Assembly: GCA_903821355.1 (NCBI GenBank)
Contig: CAIJKW010000030.1
Span: 27,897 to 91,896, forward strand
From: an uncultured bacterium
GTDB lineage: Bacteria; Patescibacteriota; Minisyncoccia; Phycocordibacterales; CAIZLB01
DNA: 64,000 bases
Direction of reading: 5' to 3'
The notes beneath the pieces are model-generated. The model was not told where the DNA came from. It ran no database searches and saw nothing but the letters and a program-made list of their open reading frames with translations. Of the stretch, positions 18,903 to 29,388 are shown in pieces; position 1 is the first letter of the stretch; each line of letters starts with the position of its first letter. The translations under genes were made by a program, and so were the position numbers.

Positions 18903-18932
18903 TTGACAGCCAAAAGTTTGTCATTATATAAT
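18903..18932 (+). promoter_or_regulatory. Consensus sigma70 promoter of an orphan gene
   Basis: TTGACA-18 nt-TATAAT; strong SD aaggaggag before ATG 19007. Confidence 0.75.
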
Positions 18933-19006
18933 TAACAAGTCGGTAGGTAGTATCTGCAATCTGCATTATTACTGATATTTCACTAACAATAAAAAGGAGG
19001 AGACAA

Positions 19007-19390
19007 ATGCAAACGAGAAAGAGACTGTATTTGATTCAAGGGACATTTTTTCAAGGTGGTCGACATCATCAGTTTACTGGAATGATTTATCCGTCTTCGG
19101 ATAATGATGGTGTTTACGAAGGTTTGATTCACGATGACTTTGGTTACTCTAAAGTAATGGGCGTCATAATCACGGAAGGGTGTATTTCATTTAACAAGCG
19201 ATATTGCGATTGTGATAGGGGCCGTAGGGCTCGCTACACAATTAGTCAAATCTCTGGAAAAAATATTTGGGTTGGTAGACATGGTAAGGATCGTGTTGAG
19301 TCTGGCCGTGTCAACGCCCTCGTAACTGAGATATCGCCGGATTTTTTAAATACAAGAATAGTTTGTGCGGCCGATGTGATGTCGGTCTAA
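19007..19390 (+). CDS. Hypothetical protein (orphan, beta-rich)
   Basis: 127-aa ORF with promoter, SD and downstream GC hairpin. Confidence 0.7.
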   Translation: MQTRKRLYLIQGTFFQGGRHHQFTGMIYPSSDNDGVYEGLIHDDFGYSKVMGVIITEGCISFNKRYCDCDRGRRARYTISQISGKNIWVGRHGKDRVESGRVNALVTEISPDFLNTRIVCAADVMSV

Positions 19391-19585
19391 CAGTATTCAA
19401 CCCTAAGTATTTAGTCCTAACTTTGGAAACAACCATCCGTCGCAAAACAAAAAACAATGCCCGCTGAAGAGCCTAGCACCTCCGGCGGGCTCTTCATATA
19501 TCTATTTTGTCGTGGCTCAGAGAGGGCTACGTCGTTTATTCATTCGTAAGACTTTCTTTGTAATCTATGCTATAATGACGCCCAT

Positions 19586-22276
19586 ATGCCACCATTACAC
19601 CATTTTACAACCAAAGCTAAGGATGTCATCAAAAAAGCCCATGAGTTAGCCATAGAGCGTGGCCAAAACCATGTGAATCCGCTTCATTTGCTGACAGCTC
19701 TAGTAGTCCAAGAAGACGGTATTGTCTTGGCTATTTTGGATAAATTGGAAGTTGATACAATTCTCTTGGCAGACAATCTAATTGAAGAGATTGAGACTGA
19801 TGGAACACCAAGTAACACAATGTCTACTTCGTACCAATTGTACTTAACACCAGAGCTCGCTCAAGTTATTGAAGCGTCAGGCAGGGTCTCAGCAAGCCTC
19901 AAGGATGAATTTGTTTCAGTTGAGCACTTATTGCTTGCGCTTTTTGATGTAGCTTCATCGGCTCGTGAACTTTTGTTTAAATTCAAATTAGAGAAAGCGA
20001 TGGTTATTGATGCCTTGGAGGCGTTGAAGTCAAATAAGGGGGCATCAGCTGACATTGTTCCAAAGAAAATGAAGGCAATAATTAAATTCACTCGTAATTT
20101 AACTATGCTTGCGCGTGAAAATAAATTGGATCCTGTCATAGGACGCGATGCAGAAATTGCCAGAGTAATTCAAATACTCTCAAGGAGGACAAAAAATAAC
20201 CCCATGCTTATTGGTGAGGCTGGAGTTGGAAAAACTGCAATTGCAGAAGGGTTGGCTAACAGAATTGCAATGGGTGATGTTCCGGAGTCTTTGAAAGATA
20301 AAGATTTGGTATCGCTAGATATGGGTCTTTTGGTTGCAGGTACAAAATACAGAGGAGAATTTGAAGAGCGTCTAAAAAATATTTTAAAAGAAATTGAAAA
20401 GTCAGATGGAAAGATAATTCTTTTTATCGATGAAATTCACACTATCGTTGGAGCGGGTGGTGCAGATGGTGCGCTTGATGCTTCAAATATGTTGAAGCCT
20501 GCACTTTCTCGTGGAGAGTTACATGCAATTGGTGCAACCACACTTAAAGAATATCAAAAACATATAGAGAAAGATCCTGCGCTTCAAAGACGTTTCCAAC
20601 CAATTTATATTAACGAGCCATCAGAGGAAGATGCTATTGCAATTCTTCGTGGACTAAAAGAAAAATATGAACTTTATCACGGTGTACACATTACAGATGA
20701 TTCATTGATTGCTGCTGTAAAATTTTCTTCAAGATACATTTCTGACAGATTCTTGCCAGATAAGGCAGTTGACTTGATTGATGAGGCGGCGTCCGCTTTG
20801 AAAATATCGTTAGAGAATAAGCCACCAGAGCTCGAGGAGGCCCATCGTAAAATAATGCGTTTGGAAATTGAAAGACAAGCTCTACTTAAGGAGGCGGGAA
20901 CAAATAAGGTTGCAAAGGCTAGGGTTAAAGAAATTGAAGCTGATATTGCAAATCAAAAAGAGGGAACAAAAGAAACAGAAGCAAAATGGATTAATGAAAA
21001 AGAAACACTGTCCAGCATTAAAGAGATTAAAAAACAATTAGAGGGATTAAGACAGGATGCGGAGAGGGCAGAGGCGTACGCTGATTTATCAAAAGCGGCT
21101 GATATTAGATATGTAAAAATTCCCGCGCTTGAAAAAGATTTGGATTCAAAAATGAAGCGCCTAAAGAAATTACAAAGCTTTCGTAGAATAATAAAAGAGG
21201 AGATTACAGAAAATGACATTGCTGGTGTTGTTTCAAGATGGACTGGAATTCCAGTTTCTAGAATGTTAGAAGAAGAGGCAAGAAAGATTTCAAGAATTGA
21301 AGATGATCTTAAAAAACAAGTTGTTGGTCAAGACTCTGCGGTTAAGAAAGTTGCGGACACCATTAAACGCTCACGTGCTGGTATTAATGATCCGCAAAAG
21401 CCAATCGGTTCTTTCATTTTTCTTGGCCCAACTGGTGTTGGAAAAACTGAGTTAACAAAGGCGCTTGCCAAGTTTATGTTCGATGATGACAAGTCGCTAA
21501 TTAGAGTTGATATGTCTGAGTATATGGAAAAGCACTCAGTTTCAAAAATTATCGGTGCACCTCCAGGATACGTTGGCCATGATGAGAGTGGAACGCTGAC
21601 GGACACTGTAAGACATCGTCCATACTCTGTAGTATTGTTTGATGAAATAGAAAAGGCTCATCCTGAAATATTTAACATTTTACTTCAAGTGCTTGATAAC
21701 GGACGTTTAACTGACTCAAAAGGTAGGACTGTAAACTTCAAAAATACTATTATTATAATGACGTCAAACATTGGCGCTCAATATATCGATAATATGCAAA
21801 AGATCGGATTTGCTATTGAAAAGTCTGACAAGTCAAACTATGAGGATGCAAAAGTTAGAGTTATGAGTGCCCTCAAGGATAACTTTAGACCAGAGTTCTT
21901 GAATAGAATCGATGAAATTGTAATCTTTGATATTTTGAGTCCTGAAGCAATCAAAGAGATTGTTAAGATTGAAGTTCAAAAAGTCATTGATCGTCTTCTA
22001 GAGAAAGAAATCAAACTTATTATTTCCGACGGCGTTTACGAGTACTTGGCAAAAGAGGGCTATAATCCTCAATACGGAGCACGTCCTTTGAAGAGAATTA
22101 TTCAATCTAAGATTTTGACAGCCGTTGCATCTCTAATTATTGATCAGGGGGTTATTAAGGGTGGAACGATTAATGTTGGGATTGATCCTAAAACAACTGA
22201 GTTTACTTTTGATGTCAAGAAGGTGGTTGCCAAGAAAGGTAAAATTGTTACCAAGGAAAAGGTTTCGATAAAATAA
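19586..22276 (+). CDS. clpB: ATP-dependent chaperone ClpB
   Basis: Clp N-domain, two AAA+ modules ([16 protein letters not shown]), long coiled-coil middle domain. Confidence 0.93.
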   Translation: MPPLHHFTTKAKDVIKKAHELAIERGQNHVNPLHLLTALVVQEDGIVLAILDKLEVDTILLADNLIEEIETDGTPSNTMSTSYQLYLTPELAQVIEASGRVSASLKDEFVSVEHLLLALFDVASSARELLFKFKLEKAMVIDALEALKSNKGASADIVPKKMKAIIKFTRNLTMLARENKLDPVIGRDAEIARVIQILSRRTKNNPMLIGEAGVGKTAIAEGLANRIAMGDVPESLKDKDLVSLDMGLLVAGTKYRGEFEERLKNILKEIEKSDGKIILFIDEIHTIVGAGGADGALDASNMLKPALSRGELHAIGATTLKEYQKHIEKDPALQRRFQPIYINEPSEEDAIAILRGLKEKYELYHGVHITDDSLIAAVKFSSRYISDRFLPDKAVDLIDEAASALKISLENKPPELEEAHRKIMRLEIERQALLKEAGTNKVAKARVKEIEADIANQKEGTKETEAKWINEKETLSSIKEIKKQLEGLRQDAERAEAYADLSKAADIRYVKIPALEKDLDSKMKRLKKLQSFRRIIKEEITENDIAGVVSRWTGIPVSRMLEEEARKISRIEDDLKKQVVGQDSAVKKVADTIKRSRAGINDPQKPIGSFIFLGPTGVGKTELTKALAKFMFDDDKSLIRVDMSEYMEKHSVSKIIGAPPGYVGHDESGTLTDTVRHRPYSVVLFDEIEKAHPEIFNILLQVLDNGRLTDSKGRTVNFKNTIIIMTSNIGAQYIDNMQKIGFAIEKSDKSNYEDAKVRVMSALKDNFRPEFLNRIDEIVIFDILSPEAIKEIVKIEVQKVIDRLLEKEIKLIISDGVYEYLAKEGYNPQYGARPLKRIIQSKILTAVASLIIDQGVIKGGTINVGIDPKTTEFTFDVKKVVAKKGKIVTKEKVSIK

Positions 22277-22329
22277 GTTACCTGAGGTAAATTTGGAAAA
22301 AACAGAAATATCTGATATGATACTTCTAC

Positions 22330-22412
22330 GCGCAGGTGGCAGAGTGGTCAATTGCATCTGACTGTAAATCAGACGCCTTCGGGCTACGTAGGTTCAAATC
22401 CTACCCTGCGCA
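22330..22412 (+). tRNA. tRNA-Tyr (anticodon GTA)
   Basis: GCGCAGGTGGCAGAGTGG..TCTGA-CTGTAAA-TCAGA..GGTTCAAATCC..CCTGCGCA. Confidence 0.96.
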
Positions 22413-22471
22413 CAAGTCCGAGAATCGGGGTTTACCCACAATTATTAGATCGGGCCAATATATATAAAAAC

Positions 22472-22627
22472 ATGTCACAAACTAGATTAGTTAAGGTAGC
22501 AAACAAAAAGACAGGTGAGGTCTACCACACAAGTAAAAACAAGAAAAAGGTAGAGCGTAAGCTAAAGCTTATGAAATACAGCCCAAAGCTTCGCAAGCAC
22601 GTGGAGTTTAGTGAGATTAAAAAATAA
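22472..22627 (+). CDS. rpmG: 50S ribosomal protein L33 (non-zinc type)
   Basis: MSQTRLVKV..YHTSKNKK..KLKLMKYSPKLRKHVEFSE. Confidence 0.93.
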   Translation: MSQTRLVKVANKKTGEVYHTSKNKKKVERKLKLMKYSPKLRKHVEFSEIKK

Positions 22628-22752
22628 TCTTCGTTATATTTATATTTCTAATTTAAGATAAGTCTTGATCTATAGAATTAATACAAAAAACGCCCAATTT
22701 GTGGGTGTTTTTTGTATATAGTCTCTTGTATTTTGTGATTCTGTATATGATT

Positions 22753-23034
22753 CTATAATATGCCGATAATCAAATCGTAAGCAGGCTCACTTATTTCACC
22801 GTTGTCTTTTTTACGATTCAGTTCCGCAATAAGTTCTTCAGAGCTTGTTGGTTTTGTTGCCGAGTCTTTTATACTATCCAACACCGAAATAGCCTCATTT
22901 TGGCATGAGAGCATGTCCTTAGACATTTGTTCTTTGTAGGTCTGATTAAATTGACTTATGATAGCGCGCAGGTCATCGCAAACCACCTGCATGCTAAAAC
23001 TCATCTCCATAGACATTGGTCCTTCTTTTCCCAT
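22753..23034 (-). CDS. Small acidic hypothetical protein, paralog 1
   Basis: Shares LxSIK..SSEEL..KxxGxxSExAYxLI with the neighbouring ORF. Confidence 0.7.
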   Translation of the reverse strand: MGKEGPMSMEMSFSMQVVCDDLRAIISQFNQTYKEQMSKDMLSCQNEAISVLDSIKDSATKPTSSEELIAELNRKKDNGEISEPAYDLIIGIL

Positions 23035-23049
23035 TGTATTTTGTATTAG

Positions 23050-23340
23050 TTAGTAATAAGTTTGAGCCATTATTAGTCTGTAGGCTTTTTCACTCAAGGT
23101 GCCGTCTTTTTTGGCTTCATCTAACTTTCTCATAAGTTCTTCGGAGCTAATCTTGGGGCTAGTTGCTTTAATTGATTCAAGAGCTTCTGTTGCAGATCTT
23201 TGTATCTCAATTTCTTCTGCAGATAATTCTTTTTCAAATTTTTCATAACTTTCGTTGTAGCTGTGTATTGCATTATTTAGCCTGAAAGATATTTCATCCA
23301 CGTCAAAAAATGTTTCGGGTGTCTGATGTTTTTCGTTCAT
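23050..23340 (-). CDS. Small acidic hypothetical protein, paralog 2
   Basis: ATG at 23340; paralogous to 22753-23034. Confidence 0.7.
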   Translation of the reverse strand: MNEKHQTPETFFDVDEISFRLNNAIHSYNESYEKFEKELSAEEIEIQRSATEALESIKATSPKISSEELMRKLDEAKKDGTLSEKAYRLIMAQTYY

Positions 23341-23524
23341 ATTTTTGTGGTTAGTTGATAACACCCTAATTATAACAAAAGCCACAGTATTAACAATCCG
23401 TTTCTAAGGGGGTGTAATAGGTGGGTTTATGCACGAACAGGTTGGCTTTTTGGCTAAAATAGATTAAGATAGGAGAACAAAACCAGATTTTGCAGGGGTG
23501 GTTTTGAAGATAGAGAACATAAAT

Positions 23525-23596
23525 GGGCCTATAGTTTCAATGGTAAAACGACGGTCTCCAAAACCGCAGTTCGAGGTTCGAGTCCTCGTGGGCCCG
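23525..23596 (+). tRNA. tRNA-Trp (anticodon CCA)
   Basis: GGGCCTATAGTTTCAATGGTAAAAC..CGGT-CTCCAAA-ACCG..GGTTCGAGTCC..TGGGCCCG. Confidence 0.95.
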
Positions 23597-23629
23597 CTAG
23601 AATAATGAGCGGAGCGAATATATTCTAGC

Positions 23630-23711
23630 AGGGTGCCGCAGCGAAGCTGTGGCCCCGCGGATACCAAACTCTCAGCGAAGGGTGCCGACAGCTTGGCTGT
23701 GGCCCCGCGGA
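23630..23711 (+). repeat. Tandem GC-rich hairpin repeat upstream of the MFS gene
   Basis: agggtgccgcagcgaagctgtggccccgcgga (23630-23661) and agggtgccgacagcttggctgtggccccgcgga (23679-23711). Confidence 0.8.
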
Positions 23712-23746
23712 AACTAAACGTTAAACGAAGGAAGGTTCTACATAAT

Positions 23747-25015
23747 ATGACCCCCAAACCATTTTCACTACCAAAATACAAACAAACCTTCAAAAGCACC
23801 TTTGTCTCGCTTAGAAATCGCAACTACAGACTATTCACAATTGGACAAACAATCTCAAACACTGGAAACTGGCTTACAAACATCGCTCTTACTTTACTTG
23901 TACTTAAAATTACTGGAAGCGGACTCGCAGTTGGAATAGTTTCCGCACTTCAATTTGGTCCAATACTTTTTCTTTCAATGAGTGCGGGATCTATAGCAGA
24001 CAAATCAGATAAGCGACGTTTACTATTTTGGACTCAGGGTTTAGAGATGGCGCAGTCCGTAGGCCTGGCTATTTTAGCTTTTATGCCACATCCACCACTT
24101 GCTGGATTGTATATACTCGCAATAATTAGTGGAATTCTACTTTCATTAGATAATCCACTTCGTCGTTCCTTTGTAAGTGAAATGGTTCCAAAAGAAGATA
24201 TCCCCAATGCTGTTGTTTTATATAGCACGAGTGTTAATGTGGCAAGAATATTGGGACCGGCATTAGCAGGACTATTAATTGTTACGATGGGTTTTGGTTG
24301 GTGTTTTACCTTTGATGCTATTTCATACATTGCTGTTCTAATTTGCCTTAGGATGATTCGGCCAGCTGAACTTTATAGAAAACCAAAAAGTTGTAAAACA
24401 AATGAGGGCGTACGTGAGGGAATAAAATACATCTTTTCCATGCCATTATTGTTGGTCAACTTTGCTATGCTCGCCCTAATTGGAACGCTCGCATATAATT
24501 TTACCGTTACACTTTCACTATTTGTTACGAATTCCTTGCATGGTTCCATCGATAAATTTACTCTCCTTTATTCTGTTTTCAGTTTTGGTGCCATAGTCAG
24601 TGCACTTGTTGTTGCTCGCCGAGGTTTAGTAAATATTTCTCATATTATGTTTGGTGCTACTATGCTTGGAATTTCCATGCTTATGCTTGCGCTGGTACCT
24701 AGCATAATAGTTGCCATACCGATTATTTTTCTTGTTGGCGTATCAAGTATTCTATATATGACTGCAACAACCACTATGATTCAAGTTGAAGCAAAACAAG
24801 AAATGCATGGAAGATTAACAGGATTACAAAGTGTCTTTTTAATTGGCACAGGAGTGATTGGAGGGCCTCTTTCTGGATGGGTAGCGGATGCCATGGGTGC
24901 GAGAGTTCCAATTATATTTGGTGGAATAGCATGCCTTTTTGCTGCTCTTTTTTCTTATATTGCGATGTGGTATTTTAATCGTGCGAATGCGAAGGTATTA
25001 AATCCAGCGGAATAG
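23747..25015 (+). CDS. MFS transporter (MFS_3/EntS-like efflux)
   Basis: SLRNRNYRLF, GSIADKSDKRR motif A, ARILGPALAG, about 12 TM helices. Confidence 0.92.
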   Translation: MTPKPFSLPKYKQTFKSTFVSLRNRNYRLFTIGQTISNTGNWLTNIALTLLVLKITGSGLAVGIVSALQFGPILFLSMSAGSIADKSDKRRLLFWTQGLEMAQSVGLAILAFMPHPPLAGLYILAIISGILLSLDNPLRRSFVSEMVPKEDIPNAVVLYSTSVNVARILGPALAGLLIVTMGFGWCFTFDAISYIAVLICLRMIRPAELYRKPKSCKTNEGVREGIKYIFSMPLLLVNFAMLALIGTLAYNFTVTLSLFVTNSLHGSIDKFTLLYSVFSFGAIVSALVVARRGLVNISHIMFGATMLGISMLMLALVPSIIVAIPIIFLVGVSSILYMTATTTMIQVEAKQEMHGRLTGLQSVFLIGTGVIGGPLSGWVADAMGARVPIIFGGIACLFAALFSYIAMWYFNRANAKVLNPAE

Positions 25016-25204
25016 CGCACTATAATATTATATGTTTACTTTCATAATCTTATATATTTGATATGTAAGATTATATGAGGTAAATCAAGCCCTATTGGGG
25101 AAAGGTGACATGTTTAAAAAAGTACACCCCAGCCAAAGCTGGGGTTTTTAGAGCTAAATACGCGCCCAGCGGATGCTGGGCGCGCGCGGACTTGTAACCA
25201 CCAC

Positions 25205-25873
25205 CTATCGCTTGTTTGCCAGTAGCGACGGTGCGAGAACAGATTCCACCTCTTCAATCCGACGCCGAAGATTTCTAAGTGGCTCCAGGTTGTCTTCACG
25301 CTTTTGGACGAGCGTTTTGATGGCCGCCGAAAGACCGTACCAAATATCTTTTGCGGTGAATCCTGTGAAATCCAAGAGAGATGATTGATCAAGTCTTGTG
25401 GGCTTAATCGAAACATACTTTGGAGTCCAGCGATGGTAGAAACCGCCCGGGGTAGTCAACATGTGAGCGATCTTCGTGATGTTTCCCAAAATCTCAATGG
25501 TAACTAATTTCATGTCACGACTTAACCCGAAGGTTTTTTGAGTTAGGCCTGTCGGCTCTTCTTTGTCATCCGGGTCATCGTAATTGAACTTTCGTTGGGC
25601 CATGACGTTTCTCCCAGACTCTGGGCAAATAACCCGTAGGTCTAGTGGTAGGCCGTCGATAACTAACGACCCATCTTCGGGCTTGGATTTTTTTATCGTG
25701 CGGCTTCCAAAGTAGTCCCAGTAAAGTTCAACATCCTCGATTGATTGGAGTGTCAAACTATGCATGAGCTGTGGAGTCAAAAGGTCCAATTGGGCCTTAA
25801 CGAGTTCCATCCACTCTTCATCTGTTAACGCGACAATATGGCGGGCCATAATCGCTTGTGCTTTCGATTTCAT
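25205..25873 (-). CDS. Hypothetical protein (orphan)
   Basis: 222-aa ORF followed by two GC hairpins at 25126-25185. Confidence 0.65.
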   Translation of the reverse strand: MKSKAQAIMARHIVALTDEEWMELVKAQLDLLTPQLMHSLTLQSIEDVELYWDYFGSRTIKKSKPEDGSLVIDGLPLDLRVICPESGRNVMAQRKFNYDDPDDKEEPTGLTQKTFGLSRDMKLVTIEILGNITKIAHMLTTPGGFYHRWTPKYVSIKPTRLDQSSLLDFTGFTAKDIWYGLSAAIKTLVQKREDNLEPLRNLRRRIEEVESVLAPSLLANKR

Positions 25874-26228
25874 GCGTTTCGTTTTTTGTTGTTGTCTCTA
25901 CCTTTTGGCGTGCCATGGTAGAGTTGTTTGTTCAGATGCAAACCATCGGGTCTGCAAGTACGCCCTGAGTTGAGCGTTCTGTATAAAACGATACCAGACA
26001 TCTAGTTAAATGTCTAGGGGGTATGTATGTGCGGGGACTTAGCCGCAGCCACGTTTCCATAGCTTGGAAATTCTTTGGCGAAGAGCTAACTAAGCGGAAA
26101 ATTATATTTATTCTTGTCGCAGTTGATGCGGTGATATTGATTGGGTTGAGCTAGTTAAGTGGTTAAGGTGATCTATAAGAAATAGGGGAGAGAGTTGTTT
26201 AACATCTTATTTAATATATGAAAACAAT

Positions 26229-27347
26229 TTAAACAAAATCCAAAAAGTTATCTTTATTTACAACACTAAATTGTGCATCTTTATAATTCTCTAAAAAAGT
26301 AAACTTATGTTTTGATCTAGTATCATTCCATTTACATTCATATCCTTGCAACTTTCCGTCCTGCTCTATTACGATATCAACTTCTTCACCTTTTTTACTT
26401 CTCCAAAAATATATTCCAAATAGTTTTCCAGAAAATACATTCTTTTTGAAAATCTCCATAAATATGAAGTTTTCAAATAGCTGTCCAAAGTCATTTCTAA
26501 CCTCCAATTTGTTTAAGTTTTGAATCAAAGCATTTCGTACTCCCAAATCATAAAAATAATACTTTTTCTTTTGAGTGATTTCACTTCTTGGATTGCTACT
26601 ATAAGGACTTACGGACTTTATGATGAAGGTCTTTTCAAGTAGGTCCAAATATTTTTTAACAGTTTTTTGATCACAGTTTGCTGTGTTTGCTATCTCGTTA
26701 TAAGAAACTTCATTACCAATTTGAAATGCAACACATCTAGTGATGTCTAGAAGTAGTTTTGATGATTTTAGCTTATCAAAAGACAAAACATCCTTGAAAA
26801 GGTAAGAGGAGACCAATTCTCCAAGTAGTTTTTCTTTTATGCTTGTATCATCAGTACTTAATATCTCTGGATATGAACCATAAATTAATAGATTCTCCAA
26901 GTTGTTTTTCTTATCAAAATCATTACCTTCACATTCTTTGGTGCTGATTGGGAGTAGTGTCATTGTAAAATGTCTTCCAGTGAGAGGCTCTCCAACCTTT
27001 TGCATAATTTCAAAAGAGGAGGACCCTGTGAGGATGATCGTTTTGTCTTTATACTCATCTATCATCATTTTTACTCCAATTCCAATATCCTCAATCATTT
27101 GTGCTTCATCAATGACGATAATTTCATAAGGTAGACAATATTGTAAAAGCTCAGCACGATTTTGCCTTTTAAACATTGAACGCAAAACCAGATCATCTCC
27201 AACATCATATCTGACCTTTTTGTCTTTATTTGAATTAAGAAAATTTTTGGCCATGGTAGTTTTACCTATACGTCTTGGACCGTATATTATTAAGACTCTA
27301 CCAGGATAGAGTACGTCTTCAATCTTCTGTATTCTTTGAAAATTCAT
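26229..27347 (-). CDS. AAA+ ATPase (AAA_14 plus DUF4143)
   Basis: GPRRIGKTT, IDEAQ, LTGSSS, LTGR, KYYFYDLGVRN, FENF, FWR..EVD..ECK. Confidence 0.92.
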   Translation of the reverse strand: MNFQRIQKIEDVLYPGRVLIIYGPRRIGKTTMAKNFLNSNKDKKVRYDVGDDLVLRSMFKRQNRAELLQYCLPYEIIVIDEAQMIEDIGIGVKMMIDEYKDKTIILTGSSSFEIMQKVGEPLTGRHFTMTLLPISTKECEGNDFDKKNNLENLLIYGSYPEILSTDDTSIKEKLLGELVSSYLFKDVLSFDKLKSSKLLLDITRCVAFQIGNEVSYNEIANTANCDQKTVKKYLDLLEKTFIIKSVSPYSSNPRSEITQKKKYYFYDLGVRNALIQNLNKLEVRNDFGQLFENFIFMEIFKKNVFSGKLFGIYFWRSKKGEEVDIVIEQDGKLQGYECKWNDTRSKHKFTFLENYKDAQFSVVNKDNFLDFV

Positions 27348-27512
27348 AGCAGTATACTATCAAAATCCCTAAAAAAGTCAAGTTTTAGAGATTGATAATC
27401 CCTAAAATAGCAATTTTATGTGGATTTTAATGGAATTTGCTCAATCATTGGTTGATTGTAAATCTTATATAATCTCACACGTTGGATATGTAGGATTCTA
27501 TCGCATAATTGC

Positions 27513-28271
27513 CTACCCCAACCCAACCACCCGCTCAAAATCCCTACTTTGCTCATACCTCTTGCCGTACGCCTTGCTCGCCTGATACAGCGCCATCAAA
27601 AGATGATTGATATTTTGATTTTCAATTTTTATGGCGACCTCCCTGAACCAATCGATAAAAAAAGAAAAATTACCAATCATAAACATCTCAGATTTTTCAT
27701 CCATAAAATCTGCAGAAACCTTAACCATGTCCTCCAGCCTCCCCGTGAATGCCTTGGCAACCAACTTAGCGTCAACTCCACTATATTGATTAAAAACACT
27801 TCTCGTCAGGTCTCCATGGACAATACTGTCTACGATAAATCTTTTATCGGTTATTGTTTGGCTAACTTCCTGAACAATCTTCTTTGAAGATCTCTTAATT
27901 GCTTCTCTAAAAGAAAGGCTTGGCTGAATACCGGTAAGCCTGCTTCCGATGGGCTCTTTAGTCACTTCCTGCCAAAGCGTCTCTATTGCTTTAGAACCAG
28001 AATATATTGTTATGGAACCAATTTTGACGATGGGGGACGGTGGCGGAATTGTTTGTTTGGTGGGGGTTTTTGAGGTGGGTAATTTATATATTTTTCTTTT
28101 CTTGTGAAGGGAGAAGGTTATTAGTTTTTTGCTGAGGAGTTTATTAATATTGTATTCGATGGTGCTTCTGGAGGTGGAGAGGCGTTTTGCGAGTGCCGCG
28201 AGGGTTCCGGGGAGAGTGAGGGAGAGGAGGATTTTTCTCTCGTGGGATGATAGATCGAGGTGGGTGGTCAT
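27513..28271 (-). CDS. TrmB-like winged-helix transcriptional regulator
   Basis: N-terminal HTH (LAALAKRLSTSRSTIEYNINKLLSKKLI) and IYSG..AIKIEN effector-domain pattern. Confidence 0.75.
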   Translation of the reverse strand: MTTHLDLSSHERKILLSLTLPGTLAALAKRLSTSRSTIEYNINKLLSKKLITFSLHKKRKIYKLPTSKTPTKQTIPPPSPIVKIGSITIYSGSKAIETLWQEVTKEPIGSRLTGIQPSLSFREAIKRSSKKIVQEVSQTITDKRFIVDSIVHGDLTRSVFNQYSGVDAKLVAKAFTGRLEDMVKVSADFMDEKSEMFMIGNFSFFIDWFREVAIKIENQNINHLLMALYQASKAYGKRYEQSRDFERVVGLG

Positions 28272-28411
28272 GTGGGTATTATATCAATAGATTATGCAAA
28301 TAACCAAATTTAGTTATTTTAATATTGATAATAATATTATTTCAAGCCATATTATTTAAATATTATTTTTTACATAGCAATCAAAATATCTTCCATGAGA
28401 TACTTGTTTAT

Positions 28412-28747
28412 GTGAAAAAGATATCGATAATAATTTTAATTGGCATTTTGATTTTAATTGCTATATTATATTGGAGCAAGAAATTTAATGAAATATCTTT
28501 GACCCCTGGTCCCAGTTGTTTATATTATCAAGAAGAAATAACTTCACTACATAAAGAAAAGAGTACTGCAACAATCACTGATAGTTTCAAAGAAATTATT
28601 AAAGAAAATAATACTCCAGTGTATACAAAGCATGTTACAGAACTTCCCACTACGATACCTGTTGAGAGAATGTATCTTCGTGTTCTGGTAGTTTTAATGG
28701 AAGTTTTGGTACTGTATTTTACTTATGTTAAAGGCCAGCAATATTGA
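28412..28747 (+). CDS. Hypothetical membrane protein
   Basis: GTG start gives MKKISIIILIGILILIAILYW signal anchor. Confidence 0.5.
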   Translation: MKKISIIILIGILILIAILYWSKKFNEISLTPGPSCLYYQEEITSLHKEKSTATITDSFKEIIKENNTPVYTKHVTELPTTIPVERMYLRVLVVLMEVLVLYFTYVKGQQY

Positions 28748-28891
28748 TACGCCGCCGAATTATGAATAAAAATAGTTATTAGATAAGACGCTTTTTTTAT
28801 ATTGTCATGATATAATACCAAACATGAATTGTTAGAGATGATTACTGAAGCTTATATAAGATAAAATATTGTAGAAAAATAAGATAAATAC

Positions 28892-29386
28892 ATGATAATA
28901 AACGACTCCTACACATCAAAAAGAACTGGCATAACCCAAAGTATTCAATATGAAGAACTAGATAGTTTTGACGCCATTCGTTCCTTACCTGTTGGAGCGG
29001 CTGGGTCTTTTTGCTTTTACGAAAATAAGCTTGTGCTTGTATATGCCAAGGGCAGGAATTCTTGGGAGACACCCGGAGGAGGGTGTGAACCAGGAGAAAC
29101 TTTTGAAGAGAGCATCATTAGAGAAATCAGAGAAGAATCCAACATGAAAGTCCTTAAGCTTGTTCCGTTGGGTTGTGACACATTTACAAACAATGAGACA
29201 AAAGAAATTAATTACGTTCTTCGATTTGCTGCAAAAGTTGAACCGTACGGCCCATTTGTCGAGGAAACTGCTGATGGAGAAATTACAGAAATGAAGCTTA
29301 TCGATCCCAAGGATTATAAGCAGTATTTTGATTGGGGTGAGAGAAGCGATGCAATGATTAAAAAAGCTCTTGATATTCTTAAATAA
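28892..29386 (+). CDS. NUDIX hydrolase
   Basis: Nudix box PGGGCEPGETFEESIIREIREES. Confidence 0.92.
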   Translation: MIINDSYTSKRTGITQSIQYEELDSFDAIRSLPVGAAGSFCFYENKLVLVYAKGRNSWETPGGGCEPGETFEESIIREIREESNMKVLKLVPLGCDTFTNNETKEINYVLRFAAKVEPYGPFVEETADGEITEMKLIDPKDYKQYFDWGERSDAMIKKALDILK

Positions 29387-29388
29387 AA

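Noticed and set aside
22352-22471. N-terminal extension of L33 in the ORF track
   Set aside because: It overlaps tRNA-Tyr; the L33 sequence begins at ATG 22472
23630-23711. Guanidine-II (mini-ykkC) riboswitch
   Set aside because: The twin hairpins lack the required ACGR loops
25013-25042. dif site
   Set aside because: Only loose resemblance; no proper TTATGTTAAAT XerD arm at the correct spacing
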